Positions 37,115-47,987 are shown, numbered from the stretch's first letter. The stretch: DNA of 64,000 nucleotides from Candidatus Bathyarchaeia archaeon (GCA_050013255.1 JBEKFP010000002.1:32001-96000); one strand, 5' to 3'. Numbers and translations: made by a program. Notes: generated from the letters alone by a model not told the origin.

Positions 37115-38368
37115 TTAGACCCAGCCACGCAGTTTCACAGCGTCGGCGACTCGTTTGACGGCTACCATGTATGCTGCGGCTCTCATGTGCACTTTTTCTT
37201 TCTTTGACATTTCGTAAACATCCTTGAAAGCCTTGGTCATGTGGGCATCGAGTTGCTTGTGGACATCTTCGAGGGCCCAGAAGTAGTTGTATGTGCCTTG
37301 AACTTGCTCAAAGTATGAAACAGTGACTCCGCCCGCGTTTGCTAGAAAGTCAGGAAGAACGAGGACGCCGTTCTTGTGAAGAACCTCATCTGAGTCGGGT
37401 GTGGTGGGGCCGTTGGCGAGTTCGCAAAGTATCTTTGGCTTGATCTTATTGCAGTTCTTCGCGGTGATGACGTTCTCCAAGGCCGCTGGGATTAGGACGT
37501 CGACCTGCAGCTCCAATAGCTCGTCGTTTGAGACTGGTTTAGTGCCTGGGAATCCAGCTACCTTCCCCGTCTTCTCTTTGTGGGCGACCAACGCTACTGG
37601 GTCAATACCCTTCTCGCTGTAAACGCCTCCCTGTGAATCGCTTGCAGCTAAGAGCTTAAGGCCTAGGATTTCTGCGCCAAGAGTTGCAGCGAATTGGCCA
37701 GCGTTGCCAAATCCTTGAATCGCCATGGTCGCTCCGCGTGTGTTCATTCCTATGGCCTTTGCTGCTTCACGCATGCAGTAAACTCCGCCCCTAGCTGTGG
37801 CGTCTCCTCTACCCTGCGATCCACCAAGCGCGATTGGTTTCCCCGTGATGACGGAGGGGCTGTTCATTCTCACAATCGTTTCATACTCATCCATCATCCA
37901 AGCCATAATCTGCGGGTCAGTGTACACGTCTGGCGCTGGGACATCTTTGAAAGCCCCAAGTTCCGACGCTACACATCTAATATACGCTCTCGCCAACCGT
38001 TCCTTTTCAGACGCAGAGAGCTTCTTCGGGTCAACAGTTACGCCACCCTTTCCGCCACCCAGAGGGATGTCCATCATGGCGGTCTTCCAAGTCATCCAGG
38101 CAGCCAAAGCTCTTACAGTGTCTATCGTTTCTGCTGGGTGCCATCTTAGGCCCCCCTTACATGGCCCCCGGGCATTGTTGTATTGAACCCGGTAGGCGCG
38201 TAAAACTTGAACAGCCCCATTATCCATTTTCAGAGGAATCGTATACACGAATTCTCTCATCGGCCACTTCAGGAACTCGCCCATTGCTTTGTCCAATCCG
38301 AGTCTCTTCGCGGCCATTTCCAGCTCTCTTTGAGCTATCTTGAAGGGGTTAAGTTCTTCTGTCATCAT
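37115..38368 (-). CDS. gdhA: Glutamate dehydrogenase
   Basis: [43 protein letters not shown]; start placed at MMTEELNPF. Confidence 0.95.
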   Translation of the reverse strand: MMTEELNPFKIAQRELEMAAKRLGLDKAMGEFLKWPMREFVYTIPLKMDNGAVQVLRAYRVQYNNARGPCKGGLRWHPAETIDTVRALAAWMTWKTAMMDIPLGGGKGGVTVDPKKLSASEKERLARAYIRCVASELGAFKDVPAPDVYTDPQIMAWMMDEYETIVRMNSPSVITGKPIALGGSQGRGDATARGGVYCMREAAKAIGMNTRGATMAIQGFGNAGQFAATLGAEILGLKLLAASDSQGGVYSEKGIDPVALVAHKEKTGKVAGFPGTKPVSNDELLELQVDVLIPAALENVITAKNCNKIKPKILCELANGPTTPDSDEVLHKNGVLVLPDFLANAGGVTVSYFEQVQGTYNYFWALEDVHKQLDAHMTKAFKDVYEMSKKEKVHMRAAAYMVAVKRVADAVKLRGWV

Positions 38369-38541
38369 TATCTCGCCTTTTAGTCGAGCTGCCGCAAGGC
38401 TACGCCCATTATGTAAATGCTCCGGGGAACTTTCAGGAGAAATAATGAATGGCAAAGTCACCGGCATGATTTCGGCGGATTCGCGGTAGGTGTTGAAGAA
38501 CGTAGGAGTATTTATTTGCCGATACGGCAAGTGCGCGTAGC

Positions 38542-38760
38542 TTGAGGTGCGTACCGTTGGTGGAGCAAGAGCCAGGGAAGAAACGTAGTTTTCGTGATGC
38601 TCTGTTGGTGCTGGTCGCCGCAGCCCTAATTATGTCACCGAGCTACCTCAGCCTTGCTCTGCTTCACCGGTTGAAACTTGATATTTCTCTCGTAGCCGTA
38701 ATGGCGCTAGCGCTCTTCCTAGTCGGTGCTTTCTTGCTGGTTAAGGTAGTAAAGGAATAA
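38542..38760 (+). CDS. Small 2-TM membrane protein
   Basis: Two hydrophobic helices; fills the intergenic gap. Confidence 0.5.
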   Translation: MRCVPLVEQEPGKKRSFRDALLVLVAAALIMSPSYLSLALLHRLKLDISLVAVMALALFLVGAFLLVKVVKE

Positions 38761-38771
38761 GATCGCTCGGC

Positions 38772-39569
38772 CTACGAGTAGGGCCTGAGAACGAAATTCG
38801 TATAGATCGTAAGGGCAAGCGACACGAAGAACAAGGCGGCCCAGTAACGTTTGTTCCAATAGTAAACTTTCCGTCCATCAAAAACTGAGAACGGGATCAT
38901 GTTAAACAGGGCGAGAAACGCGTTGATGCCAGCGCCGAACAAGATCGGGAGGTACACGAATGATTGCTGAAGAACCGGAAGAAGCGTGAGAAGCGCCAAA
39001 GTAATTATCACGTTTACACCGGGCCCCGCGATGGCGGTGCGGCCGATACGGTCTTTCTCAGCGAACCCTGAGATCATGACCGCCCCAGGCGCGATGAATT
39101 TTATGGGAGAGACAATGGAAAGGGCTGTCAAAATTACGCCAGTTGTATATACTCGAAACTCAGCCCAAAGCCCGTACCCTTGGGCTACATACTTGTGAGC
39201 GAGCTCATGAAGTATGAAACCCATTGAGAAAATTAAGGCTGCCAGTATCAACCCCGGTAGCGTGAATGCGTTCCCGACGATAAAGGAAACGCCTGCCGCG
39301 GTCACCAAGGCTGTACCCACCGCCAAATGACGCAACTCAGTCCGGCTGAAACGGAGGCCACGCAAGCTAGGTGAAAGAAGCATGCTCCGCCCCCCAGCTG
39401 CGACTTGCATTGGTGGAGCGTTCGTCCTAGCAGACCTGACGGCCTTCATACGCCATGTTTCACTGCACTCGTGATTTTCCGGCAATCTGTGGCTGGGGCA
39501 ATAGTAGTGCTCGCAGTAATTGCATTTGAAGGGAAGGTCGGCTTCAACCCCACACCTCTCACATCTCAA
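38772..39569 (-). CDS. AN1-type zinc finger fused to an M50 site-2 protease
   Basis: CERC...LPFKCNYCEHYYCPSHRLPENHEC; HELAH; FNMIPFSVFDG. Confidence 0.88.
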   Translation of the reverse strand: MRCERCGVEADLPFKCNYCEHYYCPSHRLPENHECSETWRMKAVRSARTNAPPMQVAAGGRSMLLSPSLRGLRFSRTELRHLAVGTALVTAAGVSFIVGNAFTLPGLILAALIFSMGFILHELAHKYVAQGYGLWAEFRVYTTGVILTALSIVSPIKFIAPGAVMISGFAEKDRIGRTAIAGPGVNVIITLALLTLLPVLQQSFVYLPILFGAGINAFLALFNMIPFSVFDGRKVYYWNKRYWAALFFVSLALTIYTNFVLRPYS

Positions 39570-39648
39570 ACAACGAGGCGCCCCGGAACAGGCAAATATC
39601 TGCCCACCCTTACTTTTAATGTTGGTACCCCAATATACCTTGGGATTA

Positions 39649-39828
39649 ATGTTGCCAAAATGCGCAACGTGCGGAAAAGAACTTCCTAAACTGGAAAAGT
39701 GTCAGTATTGCGGGGAGATGTTCTGCGAGGAAGATTACCCGAAACATATGGCGTGGGAGCGGCGGCATGCAGGCCTAGCTGAGGAGGAGGGAAAGTTCTG
39801 GAGGAAAAGGAGAGAAGCTCCCGACTGA
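39649..39828 (+). CDS. Small AN1-like zinc-finger protein
   Basis: MLPKCATCGK...KCQYCGEMFCEEDYPKH. Confidence 0.6.
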   Translation: MLPKCATCGKELPKLEKCQYCGEMFCEEDYPKHMAWERRHAGLAEEEGKFWRKRREAPD

Positions 39829-39887
39829 GAGTCCAGTAATTCGGCAGGTTTTTCTAGACACACACCAATGCTAAACCTGACTCGTTC

Positions 39888-40103
39888 ATGTCCAAGTATA
39901 TGAAACAAGCGGAGAAAGTTACGATCCCGAAGCATAGACATTGCGGCGTCTGTTCAACGCCAATCGAAATGGACAGGGAGTTCTGTGGGCCAATTTGTGA
40001 GGATCAATTCAAACGGTCGGAAAGAAAGAGAAAGTACACTTTCATCATTGTCCTCATGATGTTTCCAATTCTGTTCTTTGTACTCACACTGTTCCGCAAA
40101 TAG
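39888..40103 (+). CDS. DUF2116-like Zn-ribbon membrane protein
   Basis: HRHCGVCSTPI...FCGPIC followed by a C-terminal TM. Confidence 0.75.
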   Translation: MSKYMKQAEKVTIPKHRHCGVCSTPIEMDREFCGPICEDQFKRSERKRKYTFIIVLMMFPILFFVLTLFRK

Positions 40104-40323
40104 AAATCGCACCAGTAATGAACGGCGGGACTCTTCCCGGCCCCAGGCGGGCCGCTAATCATCAGCGCATAGCGAATTTCGAGCACGAAAAATCGTGATC
40201 AAACCACGCGATTGTTCCCTGGAAATATATACGCGGAACACAACTGTTCCGAAGCAATGTCAACCTACAGTGCAACCAATACTGTTAAATGCAAATCAGC
40301 TAGCCAAGGCAGTCTGAGAAAAT

Positions 40324-42051
40324 TTGTCGCAAAAGAAACTATTCGTAAGAAAAGCAACAGGGCTTGTCAGAGAAATCGGTCCGCTAACTGCAATGATCAT
40401 CATCTTAGCCAACGTCATGGGCCTCGGCTGGCAGAAACGTGTCTTCCAGTTCACTGGGGCTGCCCCACTACCAGAGAACCTCTGGGTTGCTGGCATTCCA
40501 CCAATGGTCATGGCTTTCCTGATCGGTGGAATCATCATTATCCTCTCAGTTCTATCCTTCTCGATTCTGATCGCGGCTATGCCTCGGTCAGGAGGAGGGT
40601 ACGTTGTCATCTCTAGGCTTGTCAGTCCAATCTGGGCGTTCGTCGGCTCATGGTTCGAATTTCTCAGCATTGCGTGGTCCTTCGGGATCATCGCAGTGGC
40701 TGTGTTCGAAGGCATCTACTTCATTTTCGGGCCCATAGTCGGCATAACGGCGGCTGGAGTCAACGACGTGTACCTATTCGGTGGAGGCGTCCTATTAGTC
40801 GTCCTCTTCACGGCCATTGGATCCCTAGGGGTGAGAATGGCGGGATACCTTCTGCAGGTGATGTTCTGGATTCCGGCGATTTTGACCGTCTACGTGCTCT
40901 TCTTGCTAGCAAGTTCGCTGTCGAACCCGAGTGCTTTGCAAGCTGGAATCACGTCGTTAGCTGCGGCGAACGGAATAACGGGAGTCACAGCCGACACCTA
41001 CGTGAAAGGTGCACTCACACAAGGAATGGATGCAGCAAATGTGGGTAACTACTGGTCGGCCGTATCAACCGCCATGATCGGAGCCTACTTTGCTTACATT
41101 GGATATGCAGCATCGACATTCGTCGCAGGCGAAGTGAAGGAAGCAAACAAGAGCCTACCGAAAGTTCTGCTTCTATCCTCAGTGATTATCATGGTCGCAT
41201 ACATGGTCGTTTCAGGTCTCGGAGCATACGCGACCGCGGCGCTGGGTCGGACAACATTGCCAAACGGTAACACCTGGTCATTCTTCGAAGCCTACTCCTA
41301 CCTATCGTATGGTAAAGGAAACTTAGCAAAGGCTGGCGTTCCCGCCATCAAAGCATGGACGACGACCGTCGCCGCTATGACTGGAATCGGTCTAAACCTT
41401 AGCTCACTCAACTGGCTGCTATTCATATTCGGCATACTATGGGTAGCAAACGACATTCCGCCATTCATCCTAACCGCCTCAAGAATTCTCTTCGCTATGG
41501 CATTCGACAGGGTTCTACCAGGGTCACTCGCAAACGTGAACGAGCGATTCCACTCACCCGTCAACGCAACGATTGTAACTGGAGTCTTCGGCATGCTAGG
41601 ATGCTTCTCAGAATCCGGCGTAATATCTAACGGTGGTACATGGAACCCAGGCGGAGCCCTGGGCGGTGCGCTTAACGGCATATTCAGCATAGGCGTCTCA
41701 AGCACGGACCTATTCGACGCAGTTTTCTTCACACTGTTCGCTTTAGCACTGATCATGTTGCCATTGCGCAAGAAGGAGATCTATGAGACAGCACCATTCA
41801 AGATCGGCGGTAAAACAGGGATGATGGTTATTGGCGTCTTAGGTGTCGGAGCTAACCTAGCATTGGACTGGATGATACTCACCGCACCGCAAGACAGCTA
41901 CAACATCCTTGCACCAACATCTGACAACTGGTTCGCAATCGGCTTCACCGTGCTACTTGGCCTAGTGGGCGCGGGTATGTACGCCTACTATAAGTACGGT
42001 AAGAAAGACGTCGACTACTCCACTATCTTCGCAGAAATCCCACCAGAATAG
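40324..42051 (+). CDS. APC family amino acid permease
   Basis: LFVRKATGLVRE, MPRSGGGY, AGEVK, SRILFAMAFDRVLP. Confidence 0.9.
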   Translation: MSQKKLFVRKATGLVREIGPLTAMIIILANVMGLGWQKRVFQFTGAAPLPENLWVAGIPPMVMAFLIGGIIIILSVLSFSILIAAMPRSGGGYVVISRLVSPIWAFVGSWFEFLSIAWSFGIIAVAVFEGIYFIFGPIVGITAAGVNDVYLFGGGVLLVVLFTAIGSLGVRMAGYLLQVMFWIPAILTVYVLFLLASSLSNPSALQAGITSLAAANGITGVTADTYVKGALTQGMDAANVGNYWSAVSTAMIGAYFAYIGYAASTFVAGEVKEANKSLPKVLLLSSVIIMVAYMVVSGLGAYATAALGRTTLPNGNTWSFFEAYSYLSYGKGNLAKAGVPAIKAWTTTVAAMTGIGLNLSSLNWLLFIFGILWVANDIPPFILTASRILFAMAFDRVLPGSLANVNERFHSPVNATIVTGVFGMLGCFSESGVISNGGTWNPGGALGGALNGIFSIGVSSTDLFDAVFFTLFALALIMLPLRKKEIYETAPFKIGGKTGMMVIGVLGVGANLALDWMILTAPQDSYNILAPTSDNWFAIGFTVLLGLVGAGMYAYYKYGKKDVDYSTIFAEIPPE

Positions 42052-42061
42052 GCAAGCCCCA

Positions 42062-42101
42062 CTCCCTTTTTTCTTTTTTCTTTCTTTTCCTCTTTCCTTT
42101 C
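42062..42101 (+). terminator. Archaeal oligo-pyrimidine terminator
   Basis: About 40-nt pure C/T tract right after the APC stop. Confidence 0.7.
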
Positions 42102-42117
42102 GGCATTCGCGTAATAG

Positions 42118-42279
42118 CTACGCTGCATCCTCTCCTATTCCCGGGCCACTTTCTGAGAGCGGGACAAGAATTCTACTGCACCTAGAACATTTTATCGTTT
42201 CAACTTCTTGAGGGATGAGTTTACCCAGCTTCATAACGGCCGCGGAGTCATCGTGGCCAATGAAGAAGCAAATCAGCAT
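42118..42279 (-). CDS. Small CxxxGH...CxxC zinc-binding protein (53 aa)
   Basis: MLICFFIGHDD...KCSRCSR; same motif as the 53581-53730 ORF. Confidence 0.45.
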   Translation of the reverse strand: MLICFFIGHDDSAAVMKLGKLIPQEVETIKCSRCSRILVPLSESGPGIGEDAA

Positions 42280-42360
42280 CTTGAAAGGACGCCACGAAAC
42301 CATTGCTATACCACAGCTTTCGGCATCGACGCTTACCAACGTAAATCCTGAGAACAAAGG

Positions 42361-43041
42361 TTGAAGATAAATGAGGCCTGCGCAACACAGGAAACCAGAG
42401 AAGAGGATACGGCACAGGGCCAATTATGCAGTGTATGGAGGGTCGGGTTGCAATTGAGGCGTGACGCTATCTTGTTGAGAGCCGGCTATGCGACTGCCGT
42501 GGCCTTGGGTGCTGGAACCTACTTGATTGGCTTAGGATTAACGGCCACGGTGGGAGTGGTTGTTGCCGCGGTTCTACTGACTCGCAGTGCCATATACCTC
42601 CACTACGAACGCTACCTCGCCTTCAGGAGCTTCGAGGATTTCGCATCTGGCAAGATACGGCACGAATGCATTGCATGCGGCGCCTCTTGCCATTTGAAAG
42701 TTAATCTTGGAAAAGACGATGTGGAAAGGCTACTAAGATACGCAAAGGAGAACGGTATTCAGGACACAATTATCGAGACACATGGGAAAAACTACTGGTT
42801 GAAAAGAAAACGATCAGGCGCATGCGTCTTCCTGACCTACGTAGATAACCTGCCTCGCTGCTCAATTTACACAATACGGCCCACCGCTTGCAGGCTTTAC
42901 CCCTTGATACCTTCAGGAGCACGGCTGAAGGTTGACCCCCTATGCCCCGGCTTGAGCAAGGATCGTGGGCACACTTTCAAGGAACATCTCATAATCCAGG
43001 AAGTTGGCTCATACGTAAGGAAGGTAATAGGTAAAATCTAG
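42361..43041 (+). CDS. YkgJ-like cysteine-cluster (Fe-S/Zn) protein with N-terminal TM (true start probably later)
   Basis: CIACGASC, GACVFL, CSIYTIRPTACRLYP, CPG. Confidence 0.75.
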   Translation: MKINEACATQETREEDTAQGQLCSVWRVGLQLRRDAILLRAGYATAVALGAGTYLIGLGLTATVGVVVAAVLLTRSAIYLHYERYLAFRSFEDFASGKIRHECIACGASCHLKVNLGKDDVERLLRYAKENGIQDTIIETHGKNYWLKRKRSGACVFLTYVDNLPRCSIYTIRPTACRLYPLIPSGARLKVDPLCPGLSKDRGHTFKEHLIIQEVGSYVRKVIGKI

Positions 43042-43117
43042 CCTTAAGATGGTCTGACGTTTTTCGCTCAAAGGTATATTTGCAGGAACGAAGCAGTAGC
43101 CGCCGGGGACGGACCGT

Positions 43118-44095
43118 TTGACGCGTAGCTCAAGAATTCAAGTTTCCAGAATCGCCGTCTACTGGGCTGTCCTAACCTTTGCACTTGCGCTGTTTTGGTC
43201 AGTGTTACTTAACATGCTGCAATTGACGGGGATTGGACCCGCCGCAAGCCTCGCCGTTCCCGCTGCCCTCGGAGGCATCCTGGCCGTCTACATATACTTC
43301 TTCCGTGTACAGCAAACGCTCGAATACGATGACAATGGATATTCAATAAGTAAGGGTAGGAAAGAGGGGCAGAAACATTCATGGTCCGAACTTAGGGAAT
43401 GTTCAGTCATTCGAGACAGTTATGGGCGACACAAAGTGCGTGTCTATGTTGAAAGAGATGGACAGCATTTCGATATAGATTCCAAGGCGTCTGGTGTAGA
43501 CCCGTTCACCCTCAGGGACTACATCCTAGGTCGCATCAAAGCCAAAGAAGCTAGCACTTCTGAACCAGACGTGTTTGATGGCCTTGAGCGGGAGATTCAG
43601 CGCGGCCGAGCAAATTGGATTGCTGATCTTAGCGAGACATTCAGATTCTATCAGGTCTCAGGCGACATCTTTCCGGTGATGGCTCGGGGGAGCACACGCC
43701 CGAAGGGTTTTCTCCTTTCCCGGTTCGTAGCCGTTACGCTAATGCCGAATTACGAAGTCGCACTATACGCCCATGAGGTCGGTGACTCGGAAGGCGCGAA
43801 AACCCGGGTCACGCGCCTGGTCCGTGTTATCGAGAACCTTCGTGACGAGAAGAACATCAAGTGGTCTTGGCTGCTGCTCTTCAACGATGGAGCGCCACCA
43901 TCCTCGGTCGCTAGTTTCATCGAGGAATTCGGCAACAAAGACGTAGGGATAGGCTGTATAGACACCAGCACAGGCCGCATAACAATTAGCAAGAATCAGT
44001 TGGGCGTTAGCCTTGCGAAGCAGATGAGGCTAAACCAACTAATCAGAGACTTGAAGAAACGCCGTGCTCGGCGCCAAACAATCCAAGCCGGCTAG
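43118..44095 (+). CDS. Hypothetical protein, 2 N-terminal TM plus soluble domains
   Basis: Long ORF with N-terminal hydrophobic segments. Confidence 0.6.
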   Translation: MTRSSRIQVSRIAVYWAVLTFALALFWSVLLNMLQLTGIGPAASLAVPAALGGILAVYIYFFRVQQTLEYDDNGYSISKGRKEGQKHSWSELRECSVIRDSYGRHKVRVYVERDGQHFDIDSKASGVDPFTLRDYILGRIKAKEASTSEPDVFDGLEREIQRGRANWIADLSETFRFYQVSGDIFPVMARGSTRPKGFLLSRFVAVTLMPNYEVALYAHEVGDSEGAKTRVTRLVRVIENLRDEKNIKWSWLLLFNDGAPPSSVASFIEEFGNKDVGIGCIDTSTGRITISKNQLGVSLAKQMRLNQLIRDLKKRRARRQTIQAG

Positions 44096-45051
44096 CCTTC
44101 GACGCGCTGCAGTCGCTTTATTTTCTCGCCGTCCATCTCGATCAGGTAAGCGCTCAAAATGCCCTCCGTATATTCCGATCCAGGGTTCATGCACTGCGTT
44201 CGACCAATCTTCATCCATCCCCTACATTCGTGGATGTGGCCATGCAACCCAAGCAAGGGTTGGTATTTCTCAATTATGGCACGAACAGATTTTGAACCGA
44301 CTGGTATGTACACGGGCCGTCCACCTTCCATAACCGGCCGGAAATCTTTGTCAAGTTTGGGCGCGTTGTCGATTTGAGATTCGAAGGGAGGACAGTGCAA
44401 GCAGAATAGTGAATTCTTCACGTTCTTGACTTGGGAAACTGTCTTCTCGAGCTTCGACATTAGCTCCTCTTCAGAGCATTCACGCGGGCTATTCCAGGGA
44501 GTCGGGTTCGACCATCCGACACAGGCCGCTTCGTGCTCGCCGTCGAGGGATACAGCGGATTCCTCAGCGAAGGTACAGTACGGGCTGTTCTTGATTACAT
44601 CGTCAAGTTCGAACTTGTCATCGTTGCCAGGATGAATCAGAACCTTGACATCCTTAAGGTCACCAGTGAGCTTCTTCGGGATGAGGTTGAGCCATTCTTT
44701 CAAAGTCTCGCATTCAAGTTTTGCAAATATGTCCTCCACCTTATCTTGGGGGGCCAATTGTAGTTCTTCGAACTGTTTTTCGTCGCATACATAGGGTATG
44801 TAACAGTGTTCTCTAACCTGTTTCTTGAAATTCTCCAGTTCTCCGGCCGGAACGATGTGGGTCTTGTCCATGAAATCAGCCTTGTAGGTTCCGTCCCCTT
44901 GAAGAACTATAGGCGTGAGAACTTTACCAGTGAGGTCTCCGCCCATTATCAACCAGTTTGCTTTGAAAATTTTCGCTGAGTTTAGGAATTTTCGCCAGAC
45001 TTGTTCGTTACCGTGAAAGTCGGATGCGAATACGATCCTTACAGTTGCCAA
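44092..45051 (-). CDS. Calcineurin-like metallophosphoesterase
   Basis: SDFHG, GGDLTG, PGNDD, HCPP, GLHGHIHE, NPGSEY. Confidence 0.9.
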   Translation of the reverse strand: MATVRIVFASDFHGNEQVWRKFLNSAKIFKANWLIMGGDLTGKVLTPIVLQGDGTYKADFMDKTHIVPAGELENFKKQVREHCYIPYVCDEKQFEELQLAPQDKVEDIFAKLECETLKEWLNLIPKKLTGDLKDVKVLIHPGNDDKFELDDVIKNSPYCTFAEESAVSLDGEHEAACVGWSNPTPWNSPRECSEEELMSKLEKTVSQVKNVKNSLFCLHCPPFESQIDNAPKLDKDFRPVMEGGRPVYIPVGSKSVRAIIEKYQPLLGLHGHIHECRGWMKIGRTQCMNPGSEYTEGILSAYLIEMDGEKIKRLQRVEG

Positions 45052-45118
45052 AGAGAACCGGCATTTTAAGGGCTTAGGCTCAGTATTTCAACTTTGGCTG
45101 TGTATGCCGTAATTGGCA

Positions 45119-45910
45119 CTAGTCGCGTTGAACTTCCTCTACCACGTTGTACCATTTGACGGATGGCCCAACTTTGGCACGTAACTTCCATTGAAGCGTC
45201 TTGGGCTGCTTCTCGACCCTGTCCTGGAGCTTATCGATCCGCTCCAACACAATCGCTTTGTCCTGTTTAGTCAAGGGTTCGTATTTTTCCAGAAATTCTC
45301 TTATTTTGCCGCAGTTCACTGAAACTGTGTAGTTGAAGCCCCACTCATTCGCCAGAACTTTAGCGATGTAATCAGCGTTAATCTCTTCCTTGTCGCCTTT
45401 TCCAAGGTCATGCTCTATAAGGAGTATTATCGCGTCTTGGATATCCTTCTCGTTCGTTTGGACGATCTGAAGCTTTTGAAGCAGAAGCTCAGCTAGGGGA
45501 ACTGTTGGCGTGTCCAACTCCAACCGGTCCTTGTAGTCTATTACGTGGCACATCTCAAGTTTGTCCAAGAAAACGTCGATGGCCTTGTTTCCTTCCTTAT
45601 CGTTGAAAATCTGTCTGTGCCTTCCGGTGGCGCCTGTGAGCATGAGCGAGATGTACGGCTCATATCCCAAGTCGACGAAAAGGCTCTTGGTGAGCGGGCG
45701 AAACTTGCTGTAGGTAACGAAATCCATGTCGTGCTTTGGGACCCGTTTGAGCTTTTCGTACAAGTCCTTATGGGCTGGACAGTGCATTCGTATTGCTGCG
45801 CCGCCCAATATTCTCAGAGGGATCTTTCTATCATCAGCTTCGGAAATTATGCGCCGAATTTCTTTCTCAAAATCATTAAAGGTTGCGAATTCACCCAAAC
45901 CGTACCTCAA
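45119..45910 (-). CDS. Nucleotidyltransferase-fold hypothetical protein
   Basis: LRILGGAAIRMH...HDMDF; IDVFLD; LLQKLQI...KD..D. Confidence 0.65.
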   Translation of the reverse strand: MRYGLGEFATFNDFEKEIRRIISEADDRKIPLRILGGAAIRMHCPAHKDLYEKLKRVPKHDMDFVTYSKFRPLTKSLFVDLGYEPYISLMLTGATGRHRQIFNDKEGNKAIDVFLDKLEMCHVIDYKDRLELDTPTVPLAELLLQKLQIVQTNEKDIQDAIILLIEHDLGKGDKEEINADYIAKVLANEWGFNYTVSVNCGKIREFLEKYEPLTKQDKAIVLERIDKLQDRVEKQPKTLQWKLRAKVGPSVKWYNVVEEVQRD

Positions 45911-46263
45911 CCTGAACTAAGTCACATTTGTTGTTTCATGAACTGCGGTTTGTGTTTCCACATACCACATGGAGAAGATACCATCAACCGCTATTAAGTT
46001 CATCTACGCACCCCCATAAACTAGTCCGGCAGGCCACACGATTTCTGGCGCTCCTCCAGATATTTTTTTGTGCAAGTTTTGTTAACATCCGATTGTAAAT
46101 CGTTCCGAAAATTTCAGGGACTCCCTTAACGGTTCACGGTTGTATTGTGTTGATGGATTGTCGAGCAGGCACGCATCTTCAACGCAAAACGCAAGGTCTA
46201 GAGGCTCGAACCTTAATTTGACAGGCAGTATGACATCTACTTGTTTTCGTCTCTTGAGGTTAC

Positions 46264-47076
46264 TTGGAAGTGTCCGTTGAGAAACAGAAAGCCCTCACAC
46301 TGTCGTTGACTAGTAGAGTTCTCTCAGAAAATTTGCTGACGAATTACCTATGGGTAATCCCGCTAGGAGCAGGATTCGTCGCTTGGGAACTGGTTACAAG
46401 GCTCAACCTCGTTCCACAAGCAAACCTGCCAACCTTCTCAGGCGTGCTAGGTGTTTTCTTCTTGTCCATTCAAGAGCCGTCGTTCCTGCTTCGCATCGCG
46501 CATAGTTTCCTGACTTTGAGTTGTGGTTTGATGCTAGCCTTCGCGACGGCTTTGCCGATTGCCTTCGTTGCAGGGAGCAAGAACAAATTTGACTTAACGT
46601 TTACGCCGCTAATAATGCTCTTCGGAGCTTTGCCCGACCTATCCTTCCTCCCGCTTTTGGTGCTCTGGTTCGGCGCGGGAAGTGTTGCAGCTATCATAAT
46701 GGCCTCCTTGGCCGGCTTCTTTCCCATATATTTCACCGTGAGAGACGGAACGAGAAATATCCCAAGGGAACTGTTCGAGGTTACATCCGTCTTCAAATCG
46801 AACCGGCTCTCGACCTTTACGAAGATGGTTCTCCCAGCCATATCGCCACATATGTTCAGCGGTCTTAGGCTCGCCTACGATTTCGGTTGGGAAATAATAA
46901 TCGCTATTGAGATTGCGACAAGAGCTGCGGGCGTAGGTAGTTTCATCGAAGGGTCCGTGAGCGGCGGTTCACTCGAAAGCGGGTTCGCGGCGATTCTGGC
47001 GATAGCCCTCGTTGCTGTGGTAGTTGACAGGGTGTTTTTCGGATCATTGGAGTCTTGGGCCAAGAGGTGGGTTTAA
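46264..47076 (+). CDS. ABC transporter permease (nitrate/sulfonate/taurine type)
   Basis: LPLLVLWFG, FFPIY, VLPAISP..FSGLRL. Confidence 0.85.
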   Translation: MEVSVEKQKALTLSLTSRVLSENLLTNYLWVIPLGAGFVAWELVTRLNLVPQANLPTFSGVLGVFFLSIQEPSFLLRIAHSFLTLSCGLMLAFATALPIAFVAGSKNKFDLTFTPLIMLFGALPDLSFLPLLVLWFGAGSVAAIIMASLAGFFPIYFTVRDGTRNIPRELFEVTSVFKSNRLSTFTKMVLPAISPHMFSGLRLAYDFGWEIIIAIEIATRAAGVGSFIEGSVSGGSLESGFAAILAIALVAVVVDRVFFGSLESWAKRWV

Positions 47077-47987
47077 TGGGGCCGCATGTCGAACTGGAGA
47101 ACGTTAGCAAATTCTATGAAGCGCGTGATAAGACGCACGCGCTCCATGAGGTTAGTTTCGGAATCGACCGCGGCGAATTTGTCAGTATAGTTGGTCCGAG
47201 CGGTTGCGGTAAGTCCACTTTGCTCAAGATCATGGCTGGGATTGATGCCCCAACATCAGGGGAGGTTCGTTTTCAAGGCGGCCCAGTTCGGGGCCCGCAT
47301 GATAAGATTAGCATGGTCTTTCAGGGCTTCGGGCTCTTCCCGTGGAGGACGGTCCTGGAGAATGTCGAATACGGTTTGGAAATGCGCAAAGCGCCGAAGC
47401 CGGACCGTCGAGCCCGTTCCAGGGAATACATAGAGATGGTTGGGCTATCGGGATACGAACACATGTACCCTAAGCAACTCTCTGGGGGGATGAGACAGAG
47501 GGTCGGCATCGCGCGTGCCCTGGCCGTGGAACCTGAAGTAGTCCTCATGGACGAAGCGTTCAGCGCAATCGACGAAGTAACCGCGGATGTTCTACGCGAG
47601 GAAGTTGCCGACATACACAAGGACACTGGAAAAACCTTCGTCCTCGTTACACACAACCTCTCAGAAGCCATTGAACTCGCAGACAAAGTCGTTGTGCTAT
47701 CCTCTCGCCCAGCAAAGGTGAAAAAGATCTTGCCCATCTCGCTTGAACGACCGCGAGATAGGACGCATTCCCTATTCGTCCACATGCACCACGACATACT
47801 ACACTTACTAAAAGAAGAACTGGAGAACACGTTGATTCGACACAAACTGAGAGAAATCAGGGAAGTTCAGTCGCTGCATGACATGGAAGCGCCGAAGAAG
47901 GAGACGCCCGCTCAAGAACACTCAGAGTGTGTCCCGGTAGCTTCATCGCCGACCAAAGCTAATGCACTTCGCGAAGAAACGATTTAA
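47076..47987 (+). CDS. ABC transporter ATP-binding protein (TauB/SsuB type)
   Basis: GPSGCGKST, LFPWRTV, LSGGMRQR, LMDEAF, VTH. Confidence 0.92.
   Translation: MGPHVELENVSKFYEARDKTHALHEVSFGIDRGEFVSIVGPSGCGKSTLLKIMAGIDAPTSGEVRFQGGPVRGPHDKISMVFQGFGLFPWRTVLENVEYGLEMRKAPKPDRRARSREYIEMVGLSGYEHMYPKQLSGGMRQRVGIARALAVEPEVVLMDEAFSAIDEVTADVLREEVADIHKDTGKTFVLVTHNLSEAIELADKVVVLSSRPAKVKKILPISLERPRDRTHSLFVHMHHDILHLLKEELENTLIRHKLREIREVQSLHDMEAPKKETPAQEHSECVPVASSPTKANALREETI

Noticed and set aside
38369-38530. 53-aa N-terminal extension of GdhA in the ORF track
   Set aside because: Homology-like sequence begins at MMTEELNPF; the extension covers the divergent promoter region
40104-40210. GC-rich intergenic stretch as a possible tRNA
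   Set aside because: No cloverleaf or T-loop consensus
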